A stretch of 63,953 bases of DNA, filler included, from Guillardia theta CCMP2712 (Eukaryota; Protista; Cryptophyta): assembly GCF_000315625.1 (NCBI RefSeq). It is 5 parts of 5 records of this genome, joined end to end, with 100 filler letters (N's around TTAATTAATTAA, not from the genome) between each part and the next. Parts side by side here need not be neighbours in the genome. Positions count along the whole stretch, not along the records: positions 30,799 to 51,513 come from NW_005434623.1; 4 more parts are not named here. One strand, given 5' to 3'. Positions 33,163-47,294 of this stretch are shown one piece after another. The position numbers and the translations under genes are program-made. The notes below the pieces were generated by a model. The model worked only from the letters and a program-made list of their open reading frames with translations. It did no database searches and was not told the origin of the DNA. Position 1 is the first letter of the stretch, and the number at the start of each line of letters is the position of its first letter.

Positions 33163-35720
33163 TTACAGCCTCTCCCCTCCACTCGGTCCTCGCTCGGCGA
33201 GGTAGCAGAGCGGGTGTCTGTCGAAGTCGATCTTGTGTGCAGCGGCGACATCTGCGTTAGGATCATCAAGACGCCAGCAAGGAGGAGGAGGAGGCGACGG
33301 GCACTGACAAGCATTAGCCTCACCGTTGCTGTAGGAGCGATGCATCTTTGAGGACACGCGACTCCTCACTCGGAACGAACACCAGTCGACCATGTTCATC
33401 TCCTCATGAGCTTTTTGAAGGTCTGTGTCAGGAGCCTCGTCCTCGGAGCTCGAGTCGATGTAGACCTGCGAGAGGAGACTGAGCAGGAGGAGGAGGAGAA
33501 GGAGGCGGCGGCAGAGGGAGACGAGGGGGAGGAGGAAGAGGGGCGGGAAATGAGCCTACCCTTCTTCGCTGTTGCTTCCCGGCTTCTTGATCTGAGGCTC
33601 CGCTCCCACGAGAGCAGAACTCATATCCTGCGATCGAGTCAGACAGAGGGAGGAGACAGGCTCGCACGCTCGTTCCTAGAGCTCCCTGACACAAACGTCA
33701 GCTGCAGGATCTCAGCAAGTGGAGCCACCTGATCTACCCGGCAAGGTCTCAATACCGGCAGAGGGGCTTCAGGAATAGTCAGGTAGGCTATCATAGGACG
33801 AACATAATGAAATCACACCATGCTGTTTCACTTCTGTCTCGAGCTGATCCTGTTGGAACAGCGCATGCACCTCTTCCTGCGCTCTCTTGCTGAGCTCCTC
33901 TCGTGCTCTCTCCTCCATCTGTCTTGGCCTCGGCTCCTGCCCCTTGTCCACCCCTCCCCTCCGCCTGCCCTGCCGCTTGCATGCTGCCTGCTGTTGCCTC
34001 TCGTCGACCCCCTCGTTCTTCTCTGATGTCACTTGTCATGAGATCGTTTCTTCCCCCCTCTCCTCTTTCGCTCCCTCCTCCTCCTCCTCCTCCTCCTGCA
34101 CCTCCACCTCCGCCTCCGCCTCCTTCTCCTCCTCTTCCGGCTGTATCGTCGTTGACTTCTGCTAGACGGTCTCCCTGCTCGCCTGCCCGTTCCGAGTCTT
34201 CTTTTGCAGTTCCTCTGCTCCCTCCTTTCGAACCTCCTCCTCCTCCTCTCCCCCCCCATCCTGTCTCTTTTTCTCTGCCCCCTCCTCCTCCTCTTGTTCC
34301 TCCTCCTCGTTGAACCCCTCCTCCTGTCTCTCTTTCTCTGCCCCCTCTTCCTCCTCCGTGTTCTCTTGTCTCGTTGACGTCTGATTGCCATTTCCTCTCC
34401 CTCTGCTCCTCGCCTGCTCGTCCCAAGTCGTCGCTGGCACCCCCCCAGCTCCTGCCCCCTCCTCTCCCAGCAGACCCGCCCTGCTCGCTCTGCCTGGATC
34501 CTCCCACCTTGGCGTCTGCTCCGCCTGCACCTCTTCCTGCGCTCTCTTGTTGAGCTCCTCTCTTGCTCCCTCCTCCATCTGTCTTGGCCTCGGCTCCTGC
34601 CCCTTGTCTCCCCCTCCCCTCCGCCTGCCCTGCCGCTTGCATGCTGCCTTCCCCCCTCCCGGCGGCGGGTCTCTGGTCCTTGCCGTGACCTCCTGGAGCT
34701 GAGCCTGCTACCCCAGAGCCTCGTGCTGTGATGGCTGCTGGTGCTGCTGTCACTTCTCGATGACCCCCGCTTTCTCCTGCTCTTCCTCCTCCTGTCTCGT
34801 GATTTACGTCTGATGTCCGCTCTCTCTCCTGCTTCTCGCCTGCTCGTCGCGAGTCGTCACTTCTTCCTCCCCCGCCTCTGTTCCCTCCTGTTGGACCAGC
34901 CCCCCCCTGCTTGCTGTCATCATCATCTTCATCTCGCTCGATCTGCTCTCGTGCTATGGTGTTCTTGGATGCTTCCTTTGTCCTCCAAGCTGTTCCTTCC
35001 TCAAATTGTGTTTCACCTGCTACCTCTCTTACACCTCCTCCTGCTCCTCCTCCTGCTCCTCCTCCTCCTCTTTCATTAGGAGTCTCTGCTCCACGGTTGC
35101 CTGTTCCACGTTCAATGCTTCCACCATCAATTTGATTGATCCTCGAGTATTGTTGCTGTGAACCGCCAGGTCCATTCATTTTCTCCTCGTTCCCCTCCCA
35201 GCCCCCCAACTCCTCCTCCGCTCCCTCCTCCTGAGGTTGTCTCTGGTAAGACTTCTGCTTGCTCCCGACCTCTGGTGCATCGGCGGCGATTTCTATCTGC
35301 TCTTGCTGCAAGACTACAGATCGAATCAGCTCAAAGCGCTGCTGCTCCTGCTCCTCCTCCTCCTCCTGCTCCTCCTCTGCATCCCAGTCCTTCCAAGGTC
35401 TGACCTCGATTCGCATCCTGTACCCAACAAGTCCTGACGTGACTTGATGTCATCAAGGCGCAGCAAGAGATCTCCTAGCTCACCCTTGTTCATCGCGTTG
35501 TACTCCTTCACAGCTGCTGCCTCGCTCTTCCTCCCGTTGATCGCTCTGACCTCCACCCCACTCCGCATCCCTTTCAAGAATGCGCAGCTCCCCACCCGGA
35601 CCTGAAGGCCGCGTCAGCACGTTCTCGAGCTCCAGTCCCTCTTGTTCTTACCCCCCGCACGTACACCCGATCGTCCTTGGCTCCCAACAGGATGCCGAAC
35701 TCCCCATGCTGCCTGCTCAT
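33163..35720 (-). CDS. Multi-exon hypothetical protein: N-terminal PDZ-like segment and long E/G/R-rich low-complexity region
   Basis: MSRQHGEFGILLGAKDDRVYVRG...GVEVRAINGR resembles PDZ; long ORF 33791-35416; exon structure approximate. Confidence 0.45.
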
Positions 35721-35992
35721 GATGGCGGGGATGAGGGGAGGGCGGCGGGGGATGGCGATGGATCGTTCGCGGCTGGGGTCTGGGATGAGTCGAGAGCTCT
35801 TACATGTCAAGTTTACCCGTCGGAGGTGAGAATTTCTAGATGAGTTCTGTCGCGATCGAGGTATAGAAACTGCGTCGTCATCGTCATACCAATCATCTCC
35901 ATCTCCATCTCCGTCTCCATCTCCTCCCCCTCCCCCTTGATCATGTTCACTTCCATCCCCCGAAACATTTTTCCTTCTCCTCCTAATCTCCA

Positions 35993-38740
35993 TCACTGCT
36001 TCACCTGCTTCACAGTCTTGACGGCTTGACTCATCGACACATGCTTGCCCCCGCAGATCTCCTCGATTCGCCTCCCCTCGATCTGCATGATCTTGTCTCC
36101 GATCGCTATCTCTCCCATCAGTCCTGCCGACGTTCCCGGCACCACCCGCACGACTTCGACGTGCAGCTCCGACCCTCGCAGGATCTTCACGGCGATGACG
36201 ATGCCAAGGACTGAACCTGCAGCAGAAGCGTCAGGCTCCCGCTGACGTTCCTGCTGCCCTACGATAGTGCTGAGGAGGAGGTTGTGACTTGACCCTGGTG
36301 GTCTGACGGCCAGCGTGCTCGCAGGGCTTTTCCTCCACCTTCCTCTTCCTCACCGGCGTTGACATCCTTCCAACGTCTGAGACAAAGTTTTCAGAGTCCT
36401 CTTCCCCCTCCTGCTCCTTCTTTTTCTTTCCCTCCCCATCCTCCTCCTACTCCTCTCGCTGTACCTGCTCTTCTCTTCACTTCTTCCCGCTTGTTCCCCT
36501 GCCCCTCGTCGTCCTTATTCGAGGTGGATGTGGCCAACGTCCCGAGGAAAGAGATGAAACTCGTCCAGCCTGTCGTTCTCAGAGACTCCAGTTTCTCTGA
36601 GCTAGCCTGCACCGATTGCTTGATCCCTTGCTCCACACTCTCCGCGTATCTTCGTTCCGATCGCCATGCTGTGAACGCAGCCTCTTGCTCCTTGAGGTAA
36701 GACAGGAAGCTCGTCGCCTCTGTTCGCTGCTCCTTAGCATCGTGAGCAGCAGCATCAGGGCCTGCAACAGATCTCAAGACAGAGCACGCAGCAAGAGCCG
36801 AACTTGTCGCTCCTACCAGGGCCCAAGGAAGGTCTCAAGCCTCCCCCCCTTGCCCGCGGCTCGGACGGCGACTCGGGGGAAGAGACGTCAGGGGGGGAGG
36901 CGATAGCGGCAGATCTCGTCGGTTTGTTGACGTTGACGTGCCACGTCACCATCGGCAGCTCGTCGCTCTCCAAGTCTTGATGGAAGTGGAAGAAGTAAAC
37001 GTCGGACAAGGTGCTTCTCAACAGCGTTAGCGTCTCCCCAAGAATCGCCTTGTCCCCCAGCTCAGTCAAGCCGCAAACATGTCGGCCCAGCTCGTTCCAC
37101 AGCTCGTGCCAGACCCTCAGCGGCTCGTGGACAAGGCGAGGAGAAGCGAAGTCGGAAGAGAGGATGAAGTCTTCGAGGCAGACGTCATTGAGAGCATCCA
37201 AGACAGCTGGGAGGAGGAGGAGGACGAGCTCTCGCATCCCCTCCTCTCTGTCTCGTTGCTGCGCCATCCCCACCAGCCGCATGTTGTAGCCTGACGCTGC
37301 GAAGAGCGGGTGGTCGCCGGGAGGGAGGACATCGAGGACAGCTGTCATGTCAACGACACCAAGTCTGGACATGCGGCAGACAAGAGCCTGTGAAGAAGAA
37401 CTCAGTTCAACGACCCTCGACCTGCTCCCCTCCCCCACCTCTGCCGACCCGACGCCACCAGCACACAAGCGATCGAAGGTCGTGGGATCGAACGAGAGGC
37501 TTCCCGTGCTAAACTCTTCCACAGCGAGTCTGGAGGAGGAGGATCAGGGATAGGAAGAAGCAGCACGTCAGGGCAGACCCGAAGGTCCGTAGCGACTCCT
37601 CCTCCTTCCACACGATGAAGCCTTCCTCCTGCACATTCTTCACCTCCTCACGCCCGCAGGACATCACAGTTCCCACCTCGTCCACATCGCACAGGGTCTT
37701 CAGCTGGGGTATCAGCTCGGCTGTCAAAGTCGCTAGCCACTCGGACAAACTTCGCCAGGTCGTTGACTTGAGGTACCTCAGCTCCAACAGGGCCGACAGG
37801 ATTTTGACGCGATCGTCAAACCTGAGGGGACCGTAAGGGGACTTGTTGCGTCCTCGTCCTCGTCCTCGTCCTCTCCATCCCCCTCTTCCTCCCTCCTTCT
37901 CCCTCTCCTCCATCCCGACGGCTGTCCTGCTGTCTCTTCTTCTCTCCATCCTCGCACCTTTCAGGCAGGAGAACTCTTCCAGCATAAGGAGAACCCTTGC
38001 CAGGGGAGTGCAGACACCCGCGCTTGGTCACCTTCCATTCCAGCTCGTCCCTGAGCGCCAACTCCATCACACCAAAAGCCGTAAAACATCATCGCAACCT
38101 GACGCTTTTCCATGGCGCATAGCAGCCTTGCATGTGTTGTGCCGCATGAAAGCACTGCAAACATCACTAGTCACGTTACATCCCTTGTGGTATCTCAGCA
38201 GACCTGCAGGTCAAACAGCTCCATCTCCTCCCCCAACCTGCTCTCCTCACGATCCGGAAAGCAGACCAACACCTGCGCGCCAGCCGCGTCACGAAGGGGT
38301 GAGGAGGAGAAGAAGCGTCACAGAGAGTTTCGATCTCGATGAGGGATGTCTCAGCAGGGCGAGCAGCTTCTCAACCGATTCGTCCGACACCGACCAGCGA
38401 CCTGGAGCAGGGGGTTTATGGCGTCAGCACAGCCCGCGATCCTCCACACGACGCAGGGAAGAGCAAGACAGGGAGAGGGGTGAGATGATATCACCTCGTT
38501 CGACAACCAGGACGACAATCTCGAACCCTTGCTTCTCATCTGCATCCTCTACATCTCACAGCGTCACTAGCTGGCAAGGAGGGAGAGCAGTATCAAGAAC
38601 CTTGCAAGAAGTCCTGCATTGAAGTCTCCCGCAAGCTCCAGTGTAAGTCCTCTCCTAAGGCTGCTCGCGTTGCTTTCATCAGCTTTGAGAGATACCCTGG
38701 ACCCAGCTCTCCTCGCGGCGAACTGAGATCCTGCACACCT
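35993..38740 (-). CDS. Multi-exon hypothetical protein with C-terminal PDZ domain
   Basis: Stacked coding-like minus-strand ORFs (37509-37985, 36755-37522, 36391-36777); last exon LGIVIAV...VVRVVPGTSAGLMGEIAIGDKIMQIEG is a PDZ pattern. Start uncertain. Confidence 0.55.
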
Positions 38741-39616
38741 TGTCAGTGATCGATCTCCATCTTGATCATCATCAGATCATCATCAGATCATCATCAGATC
38801 ATCACAACCATCCCAGTCATCGTCGTTGTCATCCCTATCACCACCAACACCACTATCATGATCGTGATCGTGATCGTGATCGTGATACGGCATTGTAACA
38901 ACCATAATTTGAAATTTCCCCCCTCTCAACCATCATCACCATCCTCCTTTTCACTTTCTTCACCTTGCGCAACTCTCCTTTGGTGAAGGTCAAAGTGACT
39001 TTTTGTAGCGTGAACAACCGGAGGACAACATCTCTTAAGATTTCACGTTGTCTCGTGCTCAAACAAGATTTGTTTCCGATGTACTGGAGAGTTCGATGTC
39101 ACGTGGGGAAAAGAATGAAGGCAGCGAAGAGGACACTCAAGAAGAGGAATGGGGAGGGGAGGGTAAAAGACGGGAAGGGGTGGGGGCGGAGGTGACAGGA
39201 GTGGATAGAAGAGAGGACATGGCAGGAGTGGGGAGAGGACATGGCAGGAGTGGGGAGAGGAGAGGACAGAGGGAAAGAAGAGGAAGGAGGGGATTCATGT
39301 GGCGGAAAGGGAGAGGATATCCGAACTCACAAGCTCGAAGAGTTTGACGATTGAAGAGACGGCGGCTGTCGGGTCCTTCATGCTTTATCAAAGGGCTCCA
39401 GATCCTCTGCATAATGCATTTCAATCCTTTCACATAACGACGAGCTCTGATATTGTTGCCATGATTCCCCGTCCCTTCCTCGCTGCTCTTCTCTCCTCTC
39501 TTCCATCCTCTCCTCTCCTCTCCTCTCCTCCCCTCCCCTCTGCTCTGCTCTCTCCTCTGCTCTGCTCTGCTCTCCCCTATCCTCTCCTCTCTGCACCTTC
39601 CTCTGTTTCCTTCTCA

Positions 39617-39870
39617 CTGCTCTGCTCTGCTCTGCTCTGCTCTGCTCTGCTCTGCTCTGCTCTGCTCTGCTCCCCTCTGCTCTGCTCTGCTCTGCTCTGC
39701 TCTGCTCTGCTCTGCTCTGCTCTGCTCTGCTCTGCTATGCTCTGCTCTGCTCTGCTCCCCTCTGCTCTGCTCCCCTCTGCTCTGCTCTGCTTTGCTCTGC
39801 TCTGCTCTGCTCTGCTCTGCTCTGCTCCCCTCTGCTCTGCTCTGCTCCCCTCTGCTCTGCTCCCCTCTCC
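39617..39870 (+). repeat. (CTCTG)n pentanucleotide microsatellite
   Basis: Read directly from the sequence. Confidence 0.95.
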
Positions 39871-41169
39871 CCTATCCTCTCCTCTCCCTCGCTCCTCTTC
39901 TACATGACCGACTTTGTCGCGAAGAACACAAGTCCGCCTCAGCTCTTTTTTTCAAGGCAGCGGCCCACGGCAGCGGCTGCCATGGGCGAGCAGTCGCAAT
40001 GCGACGTAGAGAGACGAGGAGGAGGCGGAGAGGAGGGATGGAGGAGAGAAGAGGAGGGGAGGGAAGAGATGGAGGGGATAAGGTGAGGGACAGAGAGCAG
40101 AGGAGAAGGAGAGAGAGCAGCAGAAAGGAGGAGCGAGGAGGAGAGCAAGAAAGTAGAATCGGACGGTGGAATTCATTCGAAGGATTCGTTGCAGCGATGA
40201 GGGCATCAGTGGGCACAATGGCCAAGAGGAAAGAAGGGAGGATGGAGGAGAGGGAGAGGAGAGGGAGGAGGAGAGGAAGAAGGAGAGGGAGGAATAGAGG
40301 GAGGAAGAGGAGGTTTGATTAGATATCTTTCAGGCCATTCAAGGATGCTGAACTTGCGGAGCCACGGCTCAGCGAGGGTCGGAGCAGGAGTGGAGGCTCG
40401 AGACAGCAGAGGTAACAGTGAAGGCACGTAGCATGCAACACTCCACCAAGAGTCACGTGCCCCCTGATCCCTGCCATGGCTCGACTCCATCGGGAGCGCA
40501 GGTCTAGCTCTTTCTGCATCCTCCTCCTGCTCTGCATCTTTGCCGGGACGAGGTCGGCAGGCACCCCCAGCCATCAGCTGAAACGATCTCTTGACACCAA
40601 CTCGTCGACTCCTCTTGAGCTCGCGGCGACTCCCCAGCTGAAAAAGAAGAGAGGAAGGGTAAGACTGAGTGTCTTCCTGCCTGCCGTCCTCACTTGATCC
40701 TCAAGATTCCATCAAAGCTCGTGCCTCTGAAGGGTCTGCGAGGAACAAGTGAGAGCTCAAGTCCAGCTAGAGAAGAGCAGGTTGTCAGCTACATGCCCGT
40801 GCCCCACCATGACAGAAATGAGCAGGATGAAACCGAGACATTCAAGCAGATACTTGGGTGAGCATGATTGCTACCTGCTGTACGGTCACAAGAGTCGTCA
40901 GGATGGATTATGAAGACCATTTGAAGGAGCTGGTGGCTTGACGAGTGAAGTTTGTGATGCCGGTGACGGTCTTGTCAGTCAGCGAACTACTCGCTGGAGG
41001 AGCTGTCAGAGTTGTTGAGGAGAGACGAGTTCAAAGTGTGCGACTGTGAGAGTTTGAGTGCGTGTTGATGGTGTTGCAGTCGGAGCACAAGGGAGACTTG
41101 GATCAGGAGGAAGAGAGATCTGAATCGCCCGTCGCTGAGGTAGGGGGTGCGTCTTGTCCTCGGGGAGAG

Positions 41170-41597
41170 ATGCTTACGTCTCATGCAGGAGATAGAGAGC
41201 ACGGAATGGGAGAAGCAGCAGATGAGAACTGTTCAGCAATGTTTCGGTAAAACAACCCTCCTCCTCTTCCCACTCAGTCACAAGGAGATGATGGTTCCTA
41301 GTCCAAGAGGAGAATCGTCGGGGATCTTTCCCCATGCTCCTCCCCGAGAACGTTTGGCTATACGAGGTGCGTGCTCTCGCGGGGTTCCAGCTCTCAGTTA
41401 TGGCCTCAAAGAGAGGGCAAGGCATCCCTCCTTCAGACCCTGACCCCGACTACCCCCGCAACAACAACTACACGGTACGTCCCAACACCTCGAGGAGGTC
41501 TGAAAGCTACGCAGGTGTTGCATCACTCCTTCTTCCATACTGTGATCGAGATCTGGTGCTCCTGCTCCTGCTCCTGCTCCTGCTGATCGAGATCTGG

Positions 41598-41666
<69 letters not shown>

Positions 41667-42706
41667 CCCTGCCCCTGCCCCTGCCCCTTCTCCTTCAACT
41701 GCCCCTGCAACTGCACGTGCTCTTGCAACTGCAGCTGCAACTGCTCCTCCACCATGGCTGCTGTTGACGCCCTGACCAAGGGAGGACAACGTCGGGTGGA
41801 TCAGGTTCACCCAGCGTGTCGGAGCGCCAGTCATGTACTGCTTCAGCTCTTCCAAGGTCGTACAGGTGCCTTGCTCCCACTCGCCGCGCGTCCGTGACTC
41901 ATGCTCCTATCTCCTCCTGTCTCCATCCACTCGGTACTCCCAGGGATTCTATCCTCACAACGAGACGAGGGCGCCCAAGGTCCCTCCCTCCGGTCCTGGC
42001 GGTGAGACTGACACCGTTAGAGCAGGTGCTCGAGAGGCTGTTGAAGCACAAGGGGTGGGTCCAGTCTCTTCGCGCTCCTCCTCTCACTTCTCTGTCGTCA
42101 GCACGAACATGCAGAAGACGCTCCAGGACCTCCTCCTCCCTGCAGCAAGTCTCGAGCCCTTGAGATCCCTGCCGCCATGACCCCTGGCACAGACCGGAGC
42201 ATCGAGCTTGGCCGTTGGGTGGTGTATGAGAAGATGTTTGGCGAGCAGAAGTGCGTCGTCTTCAAGAACAAAGTACTCAAGGTCCTCTACATGTCACCTC
42301 CTCCTGCTCCCCTCCGCCCGCCGTCGAGCTGCTCCTCTCCGTTGCAGTTGCTGCTCTTGCTGCCCTTCTTCCCTTCCTGTGCAATTCTGTTCTTGACTGG
42401 CGTGACTAGTCTGTCCTCTTTCTCCTTGGAAACGGCTTCATCTTCCTCGGCTGGGGGCCCCGTGCCTTGTCCATCTCTCATGGCGACGAGATTCGCTTCC
42501 TCCACTCTCGTGAGCTCCTTTCCGTCTGTCCGGGCGTGACCGGTGATGTAGGTGCCGTCCGCACAGCAGCGCAGGAGTTTTCAGAGGACGACTTTGAGAA
42601 AGCCTCCTATGGTGGTCCACGTAAGGTAGAGGACAGTCAAGGTAAGGCGCTAGCGGCCGTCAAGCCCAGCGAAAAGACTGCAAAGGAGCAGATGAAGGGA
42701 GTTTAA
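41170..42706 (+). CDS. Multi-exon hypothetical protein
   Basis: Coding-like exons (MQEIESTEWEKQQMRTVQQ; LLPENVWLYE; GRWVVYEKMFGEQKCVVFKNKVLK; final ...KEQMKGV*) separated by GT-AG introns with (ctgctc)n repeats. No family recognised. Confidence 0.45.
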
Positions 42707-42775
42707 AGCTTCTCCTTTACAACTCAACAAAATTTACAAGATCACATGGTACACTTCCTAGCTTCATTCCAATGT

Positions 42776-44097
42776 TCAGGAGTTGTCAGAAGAGCAACCT
42801 TCTGACTTGACAGGCTTCTCAAGCGCAGCTTGCCGTCTCTTGAGGATCGCCTTACGGCTTTGACAGTATCGCTCGTACACCTCAGGGTCGTACTGATATC
42901 CATGGCGCCGAGCCGTTCGATTCCTGCAAGACAGAGCAGCGCAAGTCAGGACGAGAAAGAACGAGAGATAGACGGTAATTCTCACCTCAGCCCGTAGTCG
43001 AGCCCAGAGTTAGCTGGAGCAGGAGCCTTGTTGAAGGGTTTCAGACCCAGCCGCCGGAGCATCATGAAGAAAGCGCGCAGGCAGAATTTCTCAGGGTCGT
43101 CCTCGAACCACATTTTGACGTCCTCCCACCACCTGTCAACATCGTAGATTTCCATCTTTCTGATCCCAAGAGGGTTCTCTCGCTCCCCGGGCTCCTCTCC
43201 CGGCTCCGCTTTCACATCCGAACCAGCGAGCATGTCGAGCTTCAGGACTCCCTTCTTCTGCTCCTCCTCTAGGAAGTATCGGAAAGAGATGACCTGATTA
43301 GCTTGCCCGACATGTGAGAACGACAATGATCTCGATCTGTGAGAAGCAGCTTCCTTCTGCCACTTGTTCCCTTGCTTCTCCCGTGCCCGTGCCATCTTCG
43401 TGTCGCCAGCAGCATCGTTCTTCTTGTCGTACCCGTTCACGTCAGTTCCCTGCAGAGGCGCTGAGGCGGGGATCTGGTGCTTGACATCAACCATGGTTGA
43501 GAAGTTGCATGCCTGGGAGCTCGGGGGCACTGGGAGTCCCATCGTACGTTGTTCACCTTGCTGAACGAAGTTGGTGTTGGGTAAGGAGGGGAATTTCGCC
43601 GAGGAGATGGATGCGTTGGATGGAGACAGCTGCACATTGTCTTGAGCGCGCTTCATCAATGCAGCAATGTTGGAGAGCAGGATCTGGTTCTGAACGAGGG
43701 CTTGCGCGGAATTCTTGGGGCTGCTCTGGTTGACGTTGAGGTTCGTAGCAAGGAGGCTAGAGCCATTGGACATGGGAACAAAAGGCAGTCCTAGACAGGT
43801 GGAGGAGCCTGTTGGGCTCAGCCCTACCGTCTTGTAATCTTTCAGCGCGTTCTGTCCTGAGTGAAGCGAAAAGTTATTGAGCTGAATCGTTGAACCGCCA
43901 GCGTTCATCAGGCCCGAGAGCTGGGGATGGATTGAGTTGGCACTGCTGCACCAACTGATGGGATTGTTTGCTTGCTGGGTCTGGTCCTGCTGCATTGGCC
44001 AGATGTTGGAGTGGTTCTGATTCAAGATCGGGGTCATGCTGATACCAGAGCGCCCAGATGCAAAAGTTCCGGTTGTTTGATGTGACTGCGACTGCAT
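42776..44097 (-). CDS. Hypothetical protein: Q/S/N-rich N-terminus and compact C-terminal domain (possible transcription factor)
   Basis: 371-aa ORF; GT-AG intron 42985-42924 joins it in frame to a last exon ending at 42776. Confidence 0.7.
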
Positions 44098-47000
44098 GCT
44101 TCTTGCTGGAGATAGGTCGTCTCAGGAGGAGAAGAAGGACATTGCTTGCACTGATCCTCTTGCCCTCGCGCTCTCAACTTGTTTTCTCCTCCTCTTTCCT
44201 CTCGTCGCACCTCGAGCTCTTTTCCTCCGCTCCTTCCTCTTGCTTGGCGACCTCTCTCCCCTTCACGGCCCTGGACTCCGCCGCGTTAACCCACCACCCC
44301 TACCCCCTCATCTGAACATTTGCTGTAAGGTCCCGTGATATTCATGGGGGTCAGTCGGGGTGCTAACGGGGGTGGTGCAGAGTTCAAGGAGCGTGTTACA
44401 CCAACAGGGTAGGGCTGAAACAAGGCAGCGACCCCCTCACGACCAAATCTTCCTTTTAATTCAAAAGTTGGCGCAGGGTGACCAAGCAGAATAACCTGGA
44501 TGTGACTTAAAGAGTTTTAATTAAGGCGAAATAAAGGTATATTTGAATGGATCTCGGTTGTTTTGTGCAGGGAATGGGGTTGATGACTGCCAACTTTACC
44601 ATTGTCAATGTACCCTTGTGACACGGATACCGCCTCCAATTTCGAGATTGCGACTTTCGTTGGGGTCTCTTGTCTTTCTAGGACCTCTTTATAACAGTAC
44701 TGGTACTGAATTCAAAGACATGCTAGGACCAAACCACATCTTTCAAACAGCTGCTAGAAAAGTCCCTAGGACCTGCAGGATATTTGTCTCACGTCCTCAG
44801 AGCCGTAAGGTACCAGAAAAAAACTTAAGTAAAGAATCGAAATATCTCTTTTCCTGAAAGTGAGAGTTTTGGAGGTCAGCCTCGGGCCTCGACTCCTTGA
44901 AGGTTGTTCACGGATCCCATTATCACACACCCTCCGGTCAAGCTGCAACGCTTGGAGACCAGTGCCGCGCCGGTCCAATATAAAAACTAAACCAGTGGAG
45001 TCAGCGGTGGTGAAAGGAATTGAAGTTACTCTGCAAATTTACTAGTGAGTTTCTGAGCTCTTGAGGCAAACGATTTGATAGGTCTGTCTCTAAGTAAAAG
45101 AGTGCAGGTCCATCTCCTGACCTTTCGTAAAGCACCGGGTAACTCTGTCACCAAGGACGACACGGGGCAGCACGAGAAAACGGATGGACTATTTTTTTAA
45201 CTTAGCTTTTAAATTGTAGTTGGCGTCCCGGGGGGCGGCTCGGAGTACATGATTTTGAAGAGCTTCAATTTGATTTCAAAATTCCTCCTCAACTTCGAGA
45301 TATTCGCAGATCATTCAAAGTTAAAACGGAACTGGGTTTCAATGGCCGTTCGGGCACTTTACGGACGGTTCCGGACGTCCGCCGTCAGCCGGCCCCCGGG
45401 GGCCGGGCACCGTGTGACTCTGCAGCCCGGCCGCCCGCCACTAGTCGGCGATCTCTACTCGACTACGTCGGACCGGGCCCGCCGGTGGCGGGACGGCGCC
45501 GTTCAACGGTTGCGGCCGGCCCGGGGCACTGACTCAGTGAACTTGCCTGACAACCGTTGAACGGTGGCAAGTGGCAAGCGCCGCCCTCAGTCACTGAGTG
45601 TCACGGCGGGGCGGCCCGCCGACCCGACCGCCGGTGAGCCTCGTCGGAGTGCCAGGAAAGGCTGAGAGCCTCCTCCGTCGGAGCCCGGCGGCCCGGCTCG
45701 CGGCTCGGCCCGGCGCCGTCTACTTTGCCTAGCCCGCCGGCCCCCCGGGCCCGGGGCCCGGCCGCTCAGCGGCCCGGGCCGCAGCGGGCCGGCGCAGTGC
45801 CAGTGTGACGGTGCCATCTGAGTGCGGCAGTGCGGGCCGGCGAGGCCTGGCGTGACTCTGTGACAGTCGGGTGATCCGGCGCCGCCCCCGGGCCCGCCGC
45901 CCGGGCCCCATGATAATCCGAATCCGACTAATCGCCGGGATTACGGTGCCGGGTGCGGCCGGGCGGCCGCGCACAGCGGCACTGTCACTGGCGGTCCCGG
46001 AGTCCGGCCGCTACGGTCCGAGGCGGAGGGCTGCCGGGCGGCCGGGCGGCCAGTGGCAGTGGGGGCGGCCCCCGGCCCCGGCCCCTCGGACTCGGTGGCC
46101 GGGCCGCGCTCACTACGGTGACTCGCCCGGCGCGGCAAGTACGGTCCGGTCCCGGAACCGGTCCCGGCGATCTCACGGTTTGGCGGGAAAAACAGCCTCT
46201 AGGCTGGCACAGGTTTTCAAGTTTGACTTGAGGGTGTGTGGACCGGTGGTCACGACTTGTACAAGGATGGTAGTGGTATCCTTGTACAAGGATGGTAGTG
46301 GTAGAGGTAGGGGTACAAATTCGTACGGAGAGAGGTTGGAGGGGTACACTTGAGATTTTTGATTGCCTAATAGGGGGGTGGGGGTTCAAAAGTGGTACCG
46401 AACTTGGTAAGGAATAAGAGGGGTGGTGGTGAAGTTGATTTTGATTATGCGGGTTGAGGTAGTGAAAGGAAGGGAAAGGGTGGGGTAAAATGAGGTCATG
46501 TGGAGGGTACTATGTATGTGGGGTCGCTGAAGGAAGGTGGGTATCCCTGAATTCGAATTTGAATGCTGGTGGGGTGAAAGATTTGTAAACTCTGACAAAT
46601 ATATATGGCAAAGTTTACAATTTTGCTTCCATCTGGTACAAATAAATATTGATATCAGAAAAATATCTATTTTTTATTGCTCCAAAAGCTAGAGTGGAAA
46701 TAATTATCTCCATAAGGGGGGTAGGGGGTAGAGTCCTGACGGGTAGGCGGCAAATAGCGACTGTGTAGGGGGTAGGGGTGGCTGTATACAGTTGCAAATG
46801 GCGCCATTCAGGTTGTTATGCACGAACAGGCGAGGGAAAGGGAGGGATGGGAAGGAAGGGGAGGAGAGATGGGGAAGGAGACGGAAGAGATGATGCGAGA
46901 AATTAGAACAGATTTGAGAGCCGCATTCTTCTTGATGAACGCTGTGCATTTCTTGTATCCTGCAGATATTCTCGCTCAGTTTCACTTGTAGCGCTCCTCT

Positions 47001-47294
47001 GTCTTTCTCAACGATGCCACTTTCCTGGTTTCAACCCCAATGTCAATCGATGACCTACATTCTCATTTCAGTCAAAAGCTCGACATTTTTATCTCAAATA
47101 TGTGCCTATTTCATTGTCTACCTTGTTCATCGCCCGTCCCATCATGTGCTACCCTTGCCCCTCAACCACAGTTCATTACGTAGAGCTCATGTTGCCATGA
47201 CTTATCTTGACAACAAGTGTAACAGGATCATGATCTGAGTAGAGCTTGCGGGATTGCTTGAGCCCAAGGACAAACTTGTAAGGGATACTCTGTG

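Noticed and set aside
39299-39907. ORFs made of microsatellites (LLCSA repeats; poly-M/H/I/S at 60492-60871; poly-L at 61533-62577)
   Set aside because: Translations of simple-sequence repeats in introns or intergenic DNA.
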